The position numbers and the translations under genes were made by a program. A stretch of DNA of 64,000 nucleotides, from contig CBDCTZ010000009.1 in the NCBI GenBank assembly GCA_965222375.1, positions 96,001-160,000 on the forward strand, read 5' to 3'. Under the pieces are notes generated by a model. The model saw only the letters and a list, made by a program, of their open reading frames with translations, was not told where the DNA came from and made no database searches. This DNA comes from Polyangiaceae bacterium. Lineage in GTDB: Bacteria > Myxococcota_A > Polyangia > Polyangiales > Polyangiaceae. Positions 47,599 through 57,086 of the stretch are shown here, piece by piece. Numbering within the stretch: the stretch's first letter is position 1; every line of letters starts with the position of its first letter.

Positions 47599-49721
47599 TC
47601 GAATTTACCGGCTTCGTCAAAGAGCACGATCACGTCGTGCCCGGGCTTGGCCTCGATGCTCTTCTTGGTCGAGAAACCGTACTCGTCGGGATCAGGGCTA
47701 TCACCGACTTCGACGAGCAATTCGTGGGGGCCGGCTTCGACGGGGAGGCGCACCACCGCCAAGCTAGAAAGATCCTTCCAGATCCCATGGGGCGGGAAAG
47801 CTTCTGTGTGAACGACTCTGCCATCCATGCTCACGCGCAATCGGACGTCCGAGCGCTTGCGCTCGCACTTCTTCTGGGGCCGCATGTGCTTCGGAAGCTT
47901 CTCGATTTCCTCCGCCGTGGGTTCGACACACGCTTCGGCGAGTTGGCCGGCGTGCTTGAAGGAGATCACCAAGTTGGATTTGCCCCCGTCGGGCAGAGGA
48001 TGGCTGACTAGATTTCCCGCCCAGGTGATCACCAACACGAAGGCGGTAGCCGCGAGGCCAAAGGCGGTGCGGGCCCAAAGTGGTGCCATGGGACGCTGGG
48101 GCGCGGCTTTCTTCTCCCGTAGGCGTTTGGCGGCGGCCTTGAGCCCGCTCAGGTCTCGGGAGAACAGCTCCAGGTATTCGATGGTCTCCGTGTCGACCTT
48201 TTCCGTGCGTAAGATGGGCTCACGCTTGCCGGCAAAACGCTGCATGGTCCATTCGGCGCCCTCGCGGTAGCGACACGTGCCGGAGCCGCAAGCCGCAATC
48301 AGGGCGCCGGTTGCGCCCCGGCGTACGGCGCGCTCGACCACGAGCGGGTGTACCCAACCCGCGCAGGGCACCCGCACCACGATGAAGCCGTCGAGATCCG
48401 GGCTGGTTGCGTCATCCTGGACTTTCACATGGGCGCCAATGCCGTCGGCGCACAGGAAGGCGATGGGGACGCCCGGACGCTCTTTGACCGCAACGTCTAC
48501 TTCTTTGCGGATGTCGAAGGAGGAATACCACTGCATGCCCACGCCCGCGGAGTCGCAAGAGCCGGCGCAGATCCCGCAGCCGATGCAAAGGTCCGTGTCG
48601 ACGAAGGCGCGCGCGTCGAACTCCTGGTCGTCGGTGCGAGGCTGCATCGAAATGGCGTTGTAGGGGCAGTCCGTGTAGCACTTCTGGCAGGCGTTGCAGC
48701 GCGCTTCGACGACGTGGGCAGGTTGAGCCCGCTTGCGTGCGAGGACGAAGGGTACGGAAAACAGGACCACGCCGCCGAGCAAGAAGAGAGCCCAGAGCGC
48801 GCCGGCTCCGAGGCGCTCCGTCAAAACCAGTGGCAGCAAGTAGAATGCGTCGAAGCTCTGGCTTTCGCTGGTTTGGGCCATGGCTGCGGGCGGCGCCAGG
48901 TCCGCAGGCACGACGACGCTGAGAATGGACAGGCCGAGGGTGGTCCACAGGGTGAGCACGGTCTTGGTCCAGAATTGGGGTCGATTCAGGCGCTTGATGT
49001 GGATCCAGAGAATCACCGCCAGGGCCAAGGGCACCAGCATGTGTACGAAAAAAACTACGAAAAAGAGCACGGAGTTGACGCGCTCGTCCACCAAGAAGGA
49101 GCGCGACAGGGGATCGGCAAAGATTGGCAGTACGTCCAGCATGCGAGCCGTGCCACGGGCGACGAGCTCTCCCCGCTCGTCCCAAACCAGCCAATAGCCA
49201 AGCCAGCCAATCACCCAGAGCAGCAGCATCAAGATGGAGCCCGTGATCCAGGCCAGCCAGCGCGCGCCCCCGAAACGCCGGGCCGCGAACAGCCGCACGG
49301 CGTGGATCACCACAAACAGCATGCAGGCGTCGGAGCTGTAGCGGTGAAGGGTGCGCACGAAGCCCGATGTGTAAGGCGCTTCGGTCATCTGCTGCACCGA
49401 CTCGAAGGCGCCGTGGACGCTGGTCTTGTACCAAATCAGTAAGACGATCCCCGTGACCACGGCGATCAAGAAGGTGGTGGTGGCGATGGCCCCGGACTGC
49501 ACCAACGGGTTCTGCTGCGGCGGCACCACTCGACCCACCAGGGCGTCGAGGCGCTGCAACAGGGAATCCAGAGCGCGCAGTGCGGGCTCAGCATGGACCG
49601 GAGGCTCCGCGCTTTCGGGGATCACCGGCAGCTTGGTCCGCGGCGCGAGCGTCACATCCACCGCGGGCGGTTTTTCTGTTCCCTCCCCCCCAGTCGCTTC
49701 CGCGGGCTGGGCCGAGGTCAT
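47586..49721 (-). CDS. Fusion of cytochrome b/b6 domain, 2x[4Fe-4S] ferredoxin, MvhD/FlpD-like [2Fe-2S] domain, TM and external domain
   Basis: RTLHRYSSD..VIH and VH..WIH (four heme His); CNACQKC..CP and CIGCGICAGSC; FLC..VPCAG..ACGSGTC. Confidence 0.85.
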   Translation of the reverse strand: MTSAQPAEATGGEGTEKPPAVDVTLAPRTKLPVIPESAEPPVHAEPALRALDSLLQRLDALVGRVVPPQQNPLVQSGAIATTTFLIAVVTGIVLLIWYKTSVHGAFESVQQMTEAPYTSGFVRTLHRYSSDACMLFVVIHAVRLFAARRFGGARWLAWITGSILMLLLWVIGWLGYWLVWDERGELVARGTARMLDVLPIFADPLSRSFLVDERVNSVLFFVVFFVHMLVPLALAVILWIHIKRLNRPQFWTKTVLTLWTTLGLSILSVVVPADLAPPAAMAQTSESQSFDAFYLLPLVLTERLGAGALWALFLLGGVVLFSVPFVLARKRAQPAHVVEARCNACQKCYTDCPYNAISMQPRTDDQEFDARAFVDTDLCIGCGICAGSCDSAGVGMQWYSSFDIRKEVDVAVKERPGVPIAFLCADGIGAHVKVQDDATSPDLDGFIVVRVPCAGWVHPLVVERAVRRGATGALIAACGSGTCRYREGAEWTMQRFAGKREPILRTEKVDTETIEYLELFSRDLSGLKAAAKRLREKKAAPQRPMAPLWARTAFGLAATAFVLVITWAGNLVSHPLPDGGKSNLVISFKHAGQLAEACVEPTAEEIEKLPKHMRPQKKCERKRSDVRLRVSMDGRVVHTEAFPPHGIWKDLSSLAVVRLPVEAGPHELLVEVGDSPDPDEYGFSTKKSIEAKPGHDVIVLFDEAGKFEWHP

Positions 49722-49724
49722 CCG

Positions 49725-50777
49725 CTAGGTTTCCTTCGCGAGCAGGCGCAAGGCATCCGTGAGCCACTGCTCTTGCTGGCCGCCGAGAGAGAGCCTGTAG
49801 GCGAGCTTGCCGCGTTTGTCGACCACGATGAACAGATTAGCGTGATCGATCTGTTTCGTGTCGTGATTCATTTTGCGGGCAATTTCGTAGGCATCCAGGA
49901 TCTTGTTTACCTTGGCGCTGTCGCCACCCAAAAAATGGTAGGTCGGCACCGGGGCTTGGTAGCGCTTGGAGGCTTGCTTGAGGATGGGCGTCTTGTCGTG
50001 GTCTGGGTTGAGGGTGATGGCCAACACACGGACCTGCTCGCGGGCTTCCGGCTTGAGCTTGCCCACAGCGCGCCGGAGCTGAGCCATGATCAGCGGGCAG
50101 GTGTGGGCGCAAGTCGCGTACACGCCGGTGACGACGACCACCTTCCCCTTCAGATCTTCGAGCGCAACCGGATTGCCTTCTTGGTTGGTCAAAGCAATCG
50201 GGTACGGCGTTTTGGCCATGCGTAGGGTAGCTGCCGGGAACGCGAGCTTGGCTTCCCCCTCCGCCCCAAGACTGACGAGGGAGACTAGCGACGTCGTGAC
50301 CATGAAGGCAGCGACGGCCAGATAGGGAATTGTCTTCTTTGGTGTGCTCCGAAATACGTCCAGTAGCTGGCGCTTCCAGATCACTCCAAGCACCAGCGCC
50401 ATTGCCGCGGGCTGTCCTAAGAACATCCCGACGTACCCCCATTCCAACTTGCCAGTTTCTTCGTTGAGACCGTAACACCAGGTCCGAAACTCCTCGGCGA
50501 ACGCCCCGAGACCTGTGTCGGCTGCAGGCAAGACGAGCATTGTCAGCTGGAACACCTCGACGCTGACCATGATGGCCAGCATCAGGACCGGGAAACGCCA
50601 CGACGAGAAGAACTCGTACATCTCCCGGAGGCCCCGAGGCAGGCCCGTGGGGTTGTCGTTCGCCCCCCGGCCGCAGCTGCGGTCGTTGCCGTCGTCCGAA
50701 TCGTCCTCAGGCGCGCCATCCGGGCGCGCCTGAAGCGCTAGCTGAGTTGGAGCGGTCGATTCGGTTGACGACGGCAC
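49725..50777 (-). CDS. SCO1/SenC copper chaperone with N-terminal membrane extension
   Basis: LTNQEG, YATCAHTCP (CxxxC), ITLNPDHD, IDHAN; three N-terminal TMs. Start uncertain. Confidence 0.85.
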   Translation of the reverse strand: MPSSTESTAPTQLALQARPDGAPEDDSDDGNDRSCGRGANDNPTGLPRGLREMYEFFSSWRFPVLMLAIMVSVEVFQLTMLVLPAADTGLGAFAEEFRTWCYGLNEETGKLEWGYVGMFLGQPAAMALVLGVIWKRQLLDVFRSTPKKTIPYLAVAAFMVTTSLVSLVSLGAEGEAKLAFPAATLRMAKTPYPIALTNQEGNPVALEDLKGKVVVVTGVYATCAHTCPLIMAQLRRAVGKLKPEAREQVRVLAITLNPDHDKTPILKQASKRYQAPVPTYHFLGGDSAKVNKILDAYEIARKMNHDTKQIDHANLFIVVDKRGKLAYRLSLGGQQEQWLTDALRLLAKET

Positions 50778-50798
50778 GGTAGGGTCGATTCCCAGGCC

Positions 50799-50972
50799 TC
50801 AGCGTACGTGCCAGACGTCCGCAAGAGCCTTCCAGTTCGCGAAGTAGTAGACGGCGAACGATAGCAGAAGAATCAGAGTGAGCACGAAGGTGCCGGGTGC
50901 GGCGTGCAGGTCGTCACCTTTGTGCTCCGACTCGTTTTCGATGATGTCCGCGGCCTTTTTTTCGATTGCCAT
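50799..50972 (-). CDS. Small single-TM subunit (subunit IIa-like) of the heme-copper enzyme
   Basis: ATG 50972 after GAGGAG; PGTFVLTLILLLSFAVYYFANWKAL; directly follows subunit I. Confidence 0.75.
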   Translation of the reverse strand: MAIEKKAADIIENESEHKGDDLHAAPGTFVLTLILLLSFAVYYFANWKALADVWHVR

Positions 50973-50982
50973 GGCTAGCTCC

Positions 50983-52578
50983 TCACCACGCGGGCATTTT
51001 GCCTTCGATCTTCTTGCCGAAGAACACTGCGATGACGGTTGGAATGACGAACATGAGCAGCCCCACGAAGGCGATGATGCCTCCGATGCCAACCATGCCC
51101 AAGAAGATGTGTACGCTCGGGTCGATGGAGACTGCGTGGCTGGCGCCGGTGAACTCCACGTCCCAATGCCGGCGTGACACGCCGTAGGAACCGGCGAAGG
51201 ACATGCCGACGGCGAGCAAGACGACACCCAGAGTGAATACGTAGGGCTGCGCGCGACAGATCGCCTTCATCGGGTAGTCCCGACGGAAGATCAGCGGCAC
51301 GACGTAGTACGCCAGCGCCATGAACGCGGTGGTGGTTCCGGCTACGACCGTTCCGTGGAAGTGGCCAGGGATGCGCAGCGTGTTGTGGGCAATGATGTTG
51401 ATCTGCTCCGTGCCCAGGGTCACACCGGTGATGCCCCCGAGGAAGCCGAATGCGACCAGGCTCAAGAAGAAGCCGGAGAACCCGGGATTGCGCCAAGGTG
51501 CTGCCGCCAGCCAGCCGAACAAGCCTTTGTTGTGCCCTTGCTTGCGCAGGGCAACTTCGACCGCTGCCGGCACGGTGTAGCCGTGAATCATGGATGCGAG
51601 CACCGCGAGGTACATGGCGTAGGACGTATTCCAGATCTTCCAACCGGCGCTCACTCCTGGATCCACCAGCAAGTGATGAGCGGAGGCCAGGTTGATGAAC
51701 AGGATGTAGAGCAGGAATGCGACGCGGGAGACGCCCTGATTGAGCACCTTGGCGCCGACGGTTATCGCGCCGAGCAAGTACCAAACGCTGACCATGGCGG
51801 CGACGTTCACCTGCTGGGATGGGTGACCGAGGCCCCACCACACCAGGCGATACCAGGCAGCGTCCATGCTGGGCAGCACGTCAATCGACCACAAGAAGGT
51901 CGGGATCATGATGGCGGCGCCGTGAAGCAGCGTGCCGACGGCGATGATTGCAGCCGTGATTGCGCCGAACACGACCAGGGGCACGGAGCCCTTATAGGTG
52001 TTGTCCCGTTTGGCTATGTAGACGGTCGCAAAGAAGTTGATCACGCCTATCAGCGTGCCTACCGCGAATAATATGATCGCCAGGTAGAACAATGGGTGGG
52101 CTTTGAGGGGCGCGTAGGACGTGAACATCACGTCGCTGGTGCCCATCAAGATCATGGTGTCGAGTAGGATCGCGCCGACCGCCATCAGCAGGAAGCTGGC
52201 CCAGGCTGCGCCAGCGGAGGCGAGGCGACTCTTGAGCAAGATGGTGCCTGCAAAGTAGAGAATCGCGATCTCCATGAACAAGATCCACAGGATCAACATG
52301 TTGAGCCCGTGGAACGTGGTCAGGCGGTAGTACCAGTCCGCTGGCAAGAGGTGCACGGCGCTCCACCGCGTCATGGCGATGAGCAGCGCGGCGATGCCGC
52401 CGAGCAGCAGGAATACCACGGCGAAGACGGCGTTGAGCTTGATGAACTTTTCCGCCGTCAGGTCGACGGTGAGGCCAGTGGTGTCGCAGACCCGCGACAT
52501 GCCCTTGGCGTGATTGCCTTTCGGCTCGGCTTCCGCCTCGGGAATTGCTCCCTCGACGGTCGGATCCATAGTGGTCAT
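50983..52578 (-). CDS. Heme-copper oxidoreductase subunit I, B-family-derived; probable eNOR-type nitric oxide reductase
   Basis: All six His present (TFHG, GHPSQQ, AHH, GHFHG), but the cross-linking Tyr of HPxxY is Gln. Confidence 0.8.
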   Translation of the reverse strand: MTTMDPTVEGAIPEAEAEPKGNHAKGMSRVCDTTGLTVDLTAEKFIKLNAVFAVVFLLLGGIAALLIAMTRWSAVHLLPADWYYRLTTFHGLNMLILWILFMEIAILYFAGTILLKSRLASAGAAWASFLLMAVGAILLDTMILMGTSDVMFTSYAPLKAHPLFYLAIILFAVGTLIGVINFFATVYIAKRDNTYKGSVPLVVFGAITAAIIAVGTLLHGAAIMIPTFLWSIDVLPSMDAAWYRLVWWGLGHPSQQVNVAAMVSVWYLLGAITVGAKVLNQGVSRVAFLLYILFINLASAHHLLVDPGVSAGWKIWNTSYAMYLAVLASMIHGYTVPAAVEVALRKQGHNKGLFGWLAAAPWRNPGFSGFFLSLVAFGFLGGITGVTLGTEQINIIAHNTLRIPGHFHGTVVAGTTTAFMALAYYVVPLIFRRDYPMKAICRAQPYVFTLGVVLLAVGMSFAGSYGVSRRHWDVEFTGASHAVSIDPSVHIFLGMVGIGGIIAFVGLLMFVIPTVIAVFFGKKIEGKMPAW

Positions 52579-52581
52579 GGC

Positions 52582-53115
52582 TTACTCCGTGACGATGATC
52601 TTGCCGGTCATCTGGTGGTGACCGATGCCGCAGAATTCGTTGCAGATGACCGGAAAGTCTCCGGCCTCTGTGGGGGTGATGGTGAGCACGTGGTCGTAAC
52701 CCGGCAGCACTTGGAAGTTCATGTTGATGGGCAACACCGACCAACCATGTTGGATGTCCAGGCTGGACAGGTGGAGTCGATAGGTCTGCCCCTTTTTCAG
52801 CTGCAAGATGGGATAGAAGGTCCACATCTGCGCCTGCATGTAGGCATCCCCGCCGGGGGCCGGCTCGACAATGGGCACGCCGTTCTGCTCGCCCACTTTG
52901 TTGGACTCCACGAACTGCTGTACCCGAGCCGCAAACTTCGCGGGCTCGACGGTGTAGGCCTCGCCGGTGCTGTTCTGCTTACCTTTGAAGTGCCAATACG
53001 GCATGGCCAGGGTCAGCACGATGCACCACAAGAGTGCCAGGCCAATCCAGGCGCGTTCTGTCCCAGTTGGCGACTTCAGCCAATTGGGCGCGACTGATGC
53101 TAGCGGGCTTTCCAT
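52582..53115 (-). CDS. Heme-copper oxidoreductase subunit II with CuA centre
   Basis: One TM; DIQHGW and CNEFCGIGHHQM CuA ligands. Confidence 0.92.
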   Translation of the reverse strand: MESPLASVAPNWLKSPTGTERAWIGLALLWCIVLTLAMPYWHFKGKQNSTGEAYTVEPAKFAARVQQFVESNKVGEQNGVPIVEPAPGGDAYMQAQMWTFYPILQLKKGQTYRLHLSSLDIQHGWSVLPINMNFQVLPGYDHVLTITPTEAGDFPVICNEFCGIGHHQMTGKIIVTE

Positions 53116-53131
53116 TGACGTGTTCCTCCCT

Positions 53132-53287
53132 TCACGGCAACAAAGCTGGTTTTACGCTGCTGAGCTCGACGATGCCCCAGAGGGTGTACGAGATCGCCGG
53201 TAGCAAGATGCCGATCGCCAACAACAGCCAAGTGTTATCGAGCAGTCGCTCCAGCCAATGTACGGACTGTTGATCGGATTCAGCCAT
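53132..53287 (-). CDS. Small membrane protein of the oxidoreductase operon
   Basis: ATG 53287 after GGAGG; LLDNTWLLLAIGILLPAISYTLWGIVEL; overlaps the upstream stop. Confidence 0.75.
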   Translation of the reverse strand: MAESDQQSVHWLERLLDNTWLLLAIGILLPAISYTLWGIVELSSVKPALLP

Positions 53288-54695
53288 GAGACCCTCCAAG
53301 CTCGGATGACAGCGGTGCATCCGCATGAGAAACGCGATGCGAGAGAAGCGCTCGAACAGCGAGCGCGATAAAGATGAGGCCGCCGACGATGGCGATGAGC
53401 CCACCAATGCTCATGACCCCCAAACCCAACCAAGCGCCCAAGCGCTGGGAGGTCTGCTCGGCACCGTAGAGCTTGCGGCCCATGCCGTAAGCCCCACTCC
53501 AACCGAAGCCGATGGCAAAGACGCCTTGGCCGATGGCGAAGATCGCGGGCTGAAGCTTTGCAAGCCGTGCGCGGCGCCGGGTTGTCGTGGCAGGCGAGCC
53601 CAACGCGTCGAGCAGCGGATAGGTCACGGCCATGAACGCGACAGTCACGCCGCCAATGGCCGCGTGATAGTGAGCCGGGATTAGCGTGGTGGAGTCCCGG
53701 ATCATCGCGCCGAGGATCCAGCCCAAGACGGTCAGGGAAATGCTGGCGACGAAGCCGACTCGTGCCAGGGACGCGGCAGTACCCGCCGCGGGGCGCGTCT
53801 TGAAAAACGTCACCAGGCAGGCGATGCCCATCAGCGCCATGGGCGGGAAGATCCCCCAGCGCATCAGGGTGGTGAAACCTTCCCGGGCGGAGGTGTCTTG
53901 CACGCCACTAGCAGCGAGCACGGGTGCCCACAGCCAGGGCAGCACCAACAGACCAAAACACAGCGACGCCAGGGGCCGCGGCACCACCGGGTGGCGCTCT
54001 TTGCCTGAGAGCAGGATCAGCCACACGCTGGCCATGGCCGCGCTCGAGGCGGCGGAAAGCACATGCCCGCCACCCCAGTTCGCCAACTCGTAGCGTATGT
54101 CTGCGGGTAGCCCTGCGGGCGTGCTGGACCAAGACGCGGCGAAGGTGAGCGCGGCGACGATGAGCAACACGCCGGTTGCGCGCAGACCCGGGATGGCCGC
54201 GTCCGGTATGTGCAGCAAGGTGCTTGGCGCTGGCTCCGACGGAAGCAAGCGCTTGTCGACCACGCCGAGCAAAACGCCCACGGCGAACAGGATCAAGCCC
54301 GCGCCAAAGGACCAGTGGTCCACCATGGGCACGTAGTTGGACAGCACTGGTGCTGCGCCCGGTGCCATCGCGGACAGCACCATCAATCCAACGCCGCCGG
54401 TGGCCACGAAGACTCCCGCCCTGCTTGCGAGCGAGCTTTCACCCGATCGCGGTAAGAGGAAGAGGAGCGCAGTCGCAAAGGCATAGGCCCACACGACAAG
54501 CGAGAGATCCACGTGGACCACCAGGCAGCGCCGGAAAAACAGAGGGTCAGTGATGAGTGACGACGTGCCGGGCGCGCGACCAATCACCAACATCAAAGAG
54601 AGCAATCCGGCGAGCACGAGGCTGCCGACGGAAAGTCCGATCCATCGCCGAATCGCGCGACGCTCTGGAGCCGAAGTTTGTCGAGGGGAGGGCAT
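53280..54695 (-). CDS. Divergent heme-copper subunit I-like membrane protein lacking the CuB His-His pair
   Basis: About 12 TMs; VVHVD, WGGGHV, IPAHYHAAIGGVT, GMGRK occupy positions equivalent to subunit I motifs. Confidence 0.7.
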   Translation of the reverse strand: MPSPRQTSAPERRAIRRWIGLSVGSLVLAGLLSLMLVIGRAPGTSSLITDPLFFRRCLVVHVDLSLVVWAYAFATALLFLLPRSGESSLASRAGVFVATGGVGLMVLSAMAPGAAPVLSNYVPMVDHWSFGAGLILFAVGVLLGVVDKRLLPSEPAPSTLLHIPDAAIPGLRATGVLLIVAALTFAASWSSTPAGLPADIRYELANWGGGHVLSAASSAAMASVWLILLSGKERHPVVPRPLASLCFGLLVLPWLWAPVLAASGVQDTSAREGFTTLMRWGIFPPMALMGIACLVTFFKTRPAAGTAASLARVGFVASISLTVLGWILGAMIRDSTTLIPAHYHAAIGGVTVAFMAVTYPLLDALGSPATTTRRRARLAKLQPAIFAIGQGVFAIGFGWSGAYGMGRKLYGAEQTSQRLGAWLGLGVMSIGGLIAIVGGLIFIALAVRALLSHRVSHADAPLSSELGGSHG

Positions 54696-54719
54696 GGCGA
54701 CAAAGGGGATTGATCTCTA

Positions 54720-54774
54720 TGGATAAAGTTGTCTATTGATAGAACGCGAAAACGCCGTTGGATATGACGTCTAT
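54720..54774. promoter_or_regulatory. Two related imperfect palindromes in the divergent promoter, candidate Rrf2 operators
   Basis: TGGATA-AAGTT-GTCTAT (54720-54736) and TGGATA-TGAC-GTCTAT (54759-54774) in an AT-rich patch. Confidence 0.45.
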
Positions 54775-54850
54775 CAAGTCCAGAAAAAGAAAATTGCCCC
54801 TATCCTCGAGCCGAAGACGCGGGGGAAGTGGGCGCAGCCGGGCGGCTCCG

Positions 54851-55258
54851 TTGAGCCAGACGGCGGAGTACGCGTTGCGTGCGTTGTCCCAGCTGGCCGC
54901 CTATGGCCAAGAGCGAGCGCTGACTGCAAAAGAGCTTGCGCGGCTGACTCTCGTCCCAAGTCCTTACCTGTCCAAGATCTTGCGAAGGCTGGTGGCGGCC
55001 GAGCTGTTGGCGTCCCAGAAGGGTCACGGCGGTGGCTTCGTGCTGGCGCGGCCAGCCGCGAGCATTCGCATCAGCGACATATTGGACGCAGTGGACGAAC
55101 TGCCCAACGAAGAGCGCTGTGCTTTCGGTTGGGGAGATTGCGACGCGGCGCATCCGTGCCCACTGCACCCGGCGTGGTCTCGCCTCAACGACGCGTTGCG
55201 GGATTGGGCTACATCGACGACGTTGCAGAACGTGTCGGGCAAGATCGCGCGTCGCTGA
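54851..55258 (+). CDS. Rrf2-family transcriptional regulator with Fe-S ligands (IscR/NsrR-like)
   Basis: LSQTAEYALRAL, YLSKIL, SQKGHGGGF, C-x6-C-x5-C-x2-H. Start could be TTG 54851 or ATG 54764. Confidence 0.9.
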   Translation: MSQTAEYALRALSQLAAYGQERALTAKELARLTLVPSPYLSKILRRLVAAELLASQKGHGGGFVLARPAASIRISDILDAVDELPNEERCAFGWGDCDAAHPCPLHPAWSRLNDALRDWATSTTLQNVSGKIARR

Positions 55259-55279
55259 GATGGCCCCCCAAGGGGATCG

Positions 55280-55693
55280 CTACATGCGCCAGCCGCGGAT
55301 CAGCTTGACCAGCGCTTTAACCTCGACGTCCTTGCCCTTCAAGTCCGGGTTCGGGGGCATTGCAGTACTCTTGCCGACGGCTGCGCCACCTTCGACGATG
55401 ATCTTGGCGATCTCATCATCCGTGATCCCGTCTTGCCACTTGGCATCCCCGAAAGCAGCAGGCTTCGGATCGAGGGCGGCTGAGCCGGGGCCATCTCCGG
55501 CACCTTTCGCGCCGTGACACACGACACACTTCGTCTTGAAGTAGGTCTTGGCCGCTTCCGACGGTGGAACGGCCGCCGTGCTCGGCAGGCCCGCAGACGC
55601 GGTCCCTTTGGTGCCGGCTTTTTCCTTCTTGCTGCACGCTGAAAGAGAAATGGAGAGAGCCAAAATCGTCAGAACGGAAACGGGCTTGATCAC
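55280..55693 (-). CDS. Monoheme cytochrome c lipoprotein
   Basis: GTG after AGGAGG; LSAC lipobox; CVVCH; distal Met in STAMPP. Confidence 0.88.
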   Translation of the reverse strand: MIKPVSVLTILALSISLSACSKKEKAGTKGTASAGLPSTAAVPPSEAAKTYFKTKCVVCHGAKGAGDGPGSAALDPKPAAFGDAKWQDGITDDEIAKIIVEGGAAVGKSTAMPPNPDLKGKDVEVKALVKLIRGWRM

Positions 55694-55753
55694 GTGAACC
55701 TCCTGCAGGCGGCTCGGGCCTAGTGCATGGGATGTGCCGTCGCCAGCGGTGGG

Positions 55754-55769
55754 TGTGAGAGCTGTCACG
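55754..55769. promoter_or_regulatory. CRP/HcpR-type box between the divergent cytochrome c and radical SAM genes
   Basis: TGTGA-GAGCTG-TCACG versus consensus TGTGA-N6-TCACA (9/10). Confidence 0.5.
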
Positions 55770-55976
55770 TTTCGCGCCAGGTTGCAGCCAAAACCCGGTT
55801 CTTCGATGTAGGCCTTCGCCGCCCCCGGTTCATCGGGCCTGCGCAGATATTTCGGTAGCCGTTGCCCGTCGCGCAAGAAACGCGAAATGCCCTATTTTCG
55901 GCGCGCGAAATGCCCGGCTTATCAGCCGTTCACGCTGGCTTGCACGGGCACGCGGGTTGCGTACATTCCCGGCGAC

Positions 55977-57086
55977 GTGACGTCTACTCGCTATAAAGAG
56001 AAGCCGTTCATCGCAATTTGGGAGACTACTCAGGCGTGCGACTTGGCGTGCCTTCACTGCCGCGCTTGCACCCAATCGGAACGGGATGCGGAAGAGCTGA
56101 GTACCGACGAAGGATTTGCGCTTTTGGACAGCTTCGCGAAGGCACGCGTGCCCTTGGTCGTGCTGACCGGCGGCGACCCGGCGAAACGCCCGGACCTGGT
56201 CGAACTGGTTGCGCACGGGCGCCAGGCTGGGTTGGGGGTGGGCTTGACTCCTTCGACGACGCCGTTGGTCACGCCGGAGCTGATTGAAGCTCTGGCGCGC
56301 GCCGGACTGTCTCGGCTGGCCGTGAGCATCGACGGGCCGGACGCCGAGTGTCACGACACTTTCCGAGGCGTGGAGGGCAGCTTCGAGCAGTCCCTACGCA
56401 TCCTGGACGACGCGAGCAATCACTCGATTCCGACTCAGATCAACACGAGCATCCATGCCGGCAACATCGAGCAGCTCGAAGAGATGTCGCGCATCGTGGC
56501 CCGCGCCGACTCCGTCTTGTGGAGCGTGTTTTTTCTGGTTCCCACCGGGCGAGCCGAGGCGGACATGCTGCCCACGCCTGAGGCGACTGAACGGGCGCTG
56601 GAGAAACTGAGCGTGTTTGCCGAGGGCGCCAGTTTCGCGATCAAGACGACCGCGGCACCCCACTACCGCCGTGTGCTGATGGAGCGCAAACTCGGTGAGG
56701 GCGCTGCGGCGCAGCATGGGGTCCACGGCTCGCGTGCGGTTCGTATCAACGATGGCCGTGGTTTCATGTTCGTGTCTCACAAGGGCGAGATCTTCCCGAG
56801 CGGATTCTTGCCAATCCACTGCGGCAACGTTCGCCAAGACGATGTGATGGATGTCTATCGCGAGCATCCCTTGTTCGTCAGCCTGCGGGATGCCGATCAA
56901 CTGGTTGGAAAATGCGGGGACTGCGAGTACCGCACCCTATGTGGTGGATCTCGTGCCCGTGCCTACGCATTGCTCGGGGATCCCATGGAATCCGACCCGC
57001 TCTGCGCCTATGAGCCGCCGGAACCCGATGACGTCCCGAGCCGGCGCACGCTGAGCCGGCGGCGCCTCGCCATGGCAAATGCCTAG
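55977..57086 (+). CDS. Radical SAM/SPASM protein (NirJ/AhbD-related, TIGR04053-like)
   Basis: WETTQACDLACLHCRA (CxxxCxxC), LTGGDP, INDGRGFMFVSHKGEIFPSGFLP, GKCGDCEYRTLCGGSRARAY..DPLC. Start uncertain (55887 or 55977). Confidence 0.88.
   Translation: MTSTRYKEKPFIAIWETTQACDLACLHCRACTQSERDAEELSTDEGFALLDSFAKARVPLVVLTGGDPAKRPDLVELVAHGRQAGLGVGLTPSTTPLVTPELIEALARAGLSRLAVSIDGPDAECHDTFRGVEGSFEQSLRILDDASNHSIPTQINTSIHAGNIEQLEEMSRIVARADSVLWSVFFLVPTGRAEADMLPTPEATERALEKLSVFAEGASFAIKTTAAPHYRRVLMERKLGEGAAAQHGVHGSRAVRINDGRGFMFVSHKGEIFPSGFLPIHCGNVRQDDVMDVYREHPLFVSLRDADQLVGKCGDCEYRTLCGGSRARAYALLGDPMESDPLCAYEPPEPDDVPSRRTLSRRRLAMANA

Noticed and set aside
50983..52578. Ordinary ba3/cbb3 oxygen reductase
   Set aside because: No Tyr at His+4, and the partner is a CuA subunit rather than CcoO/CcoP.
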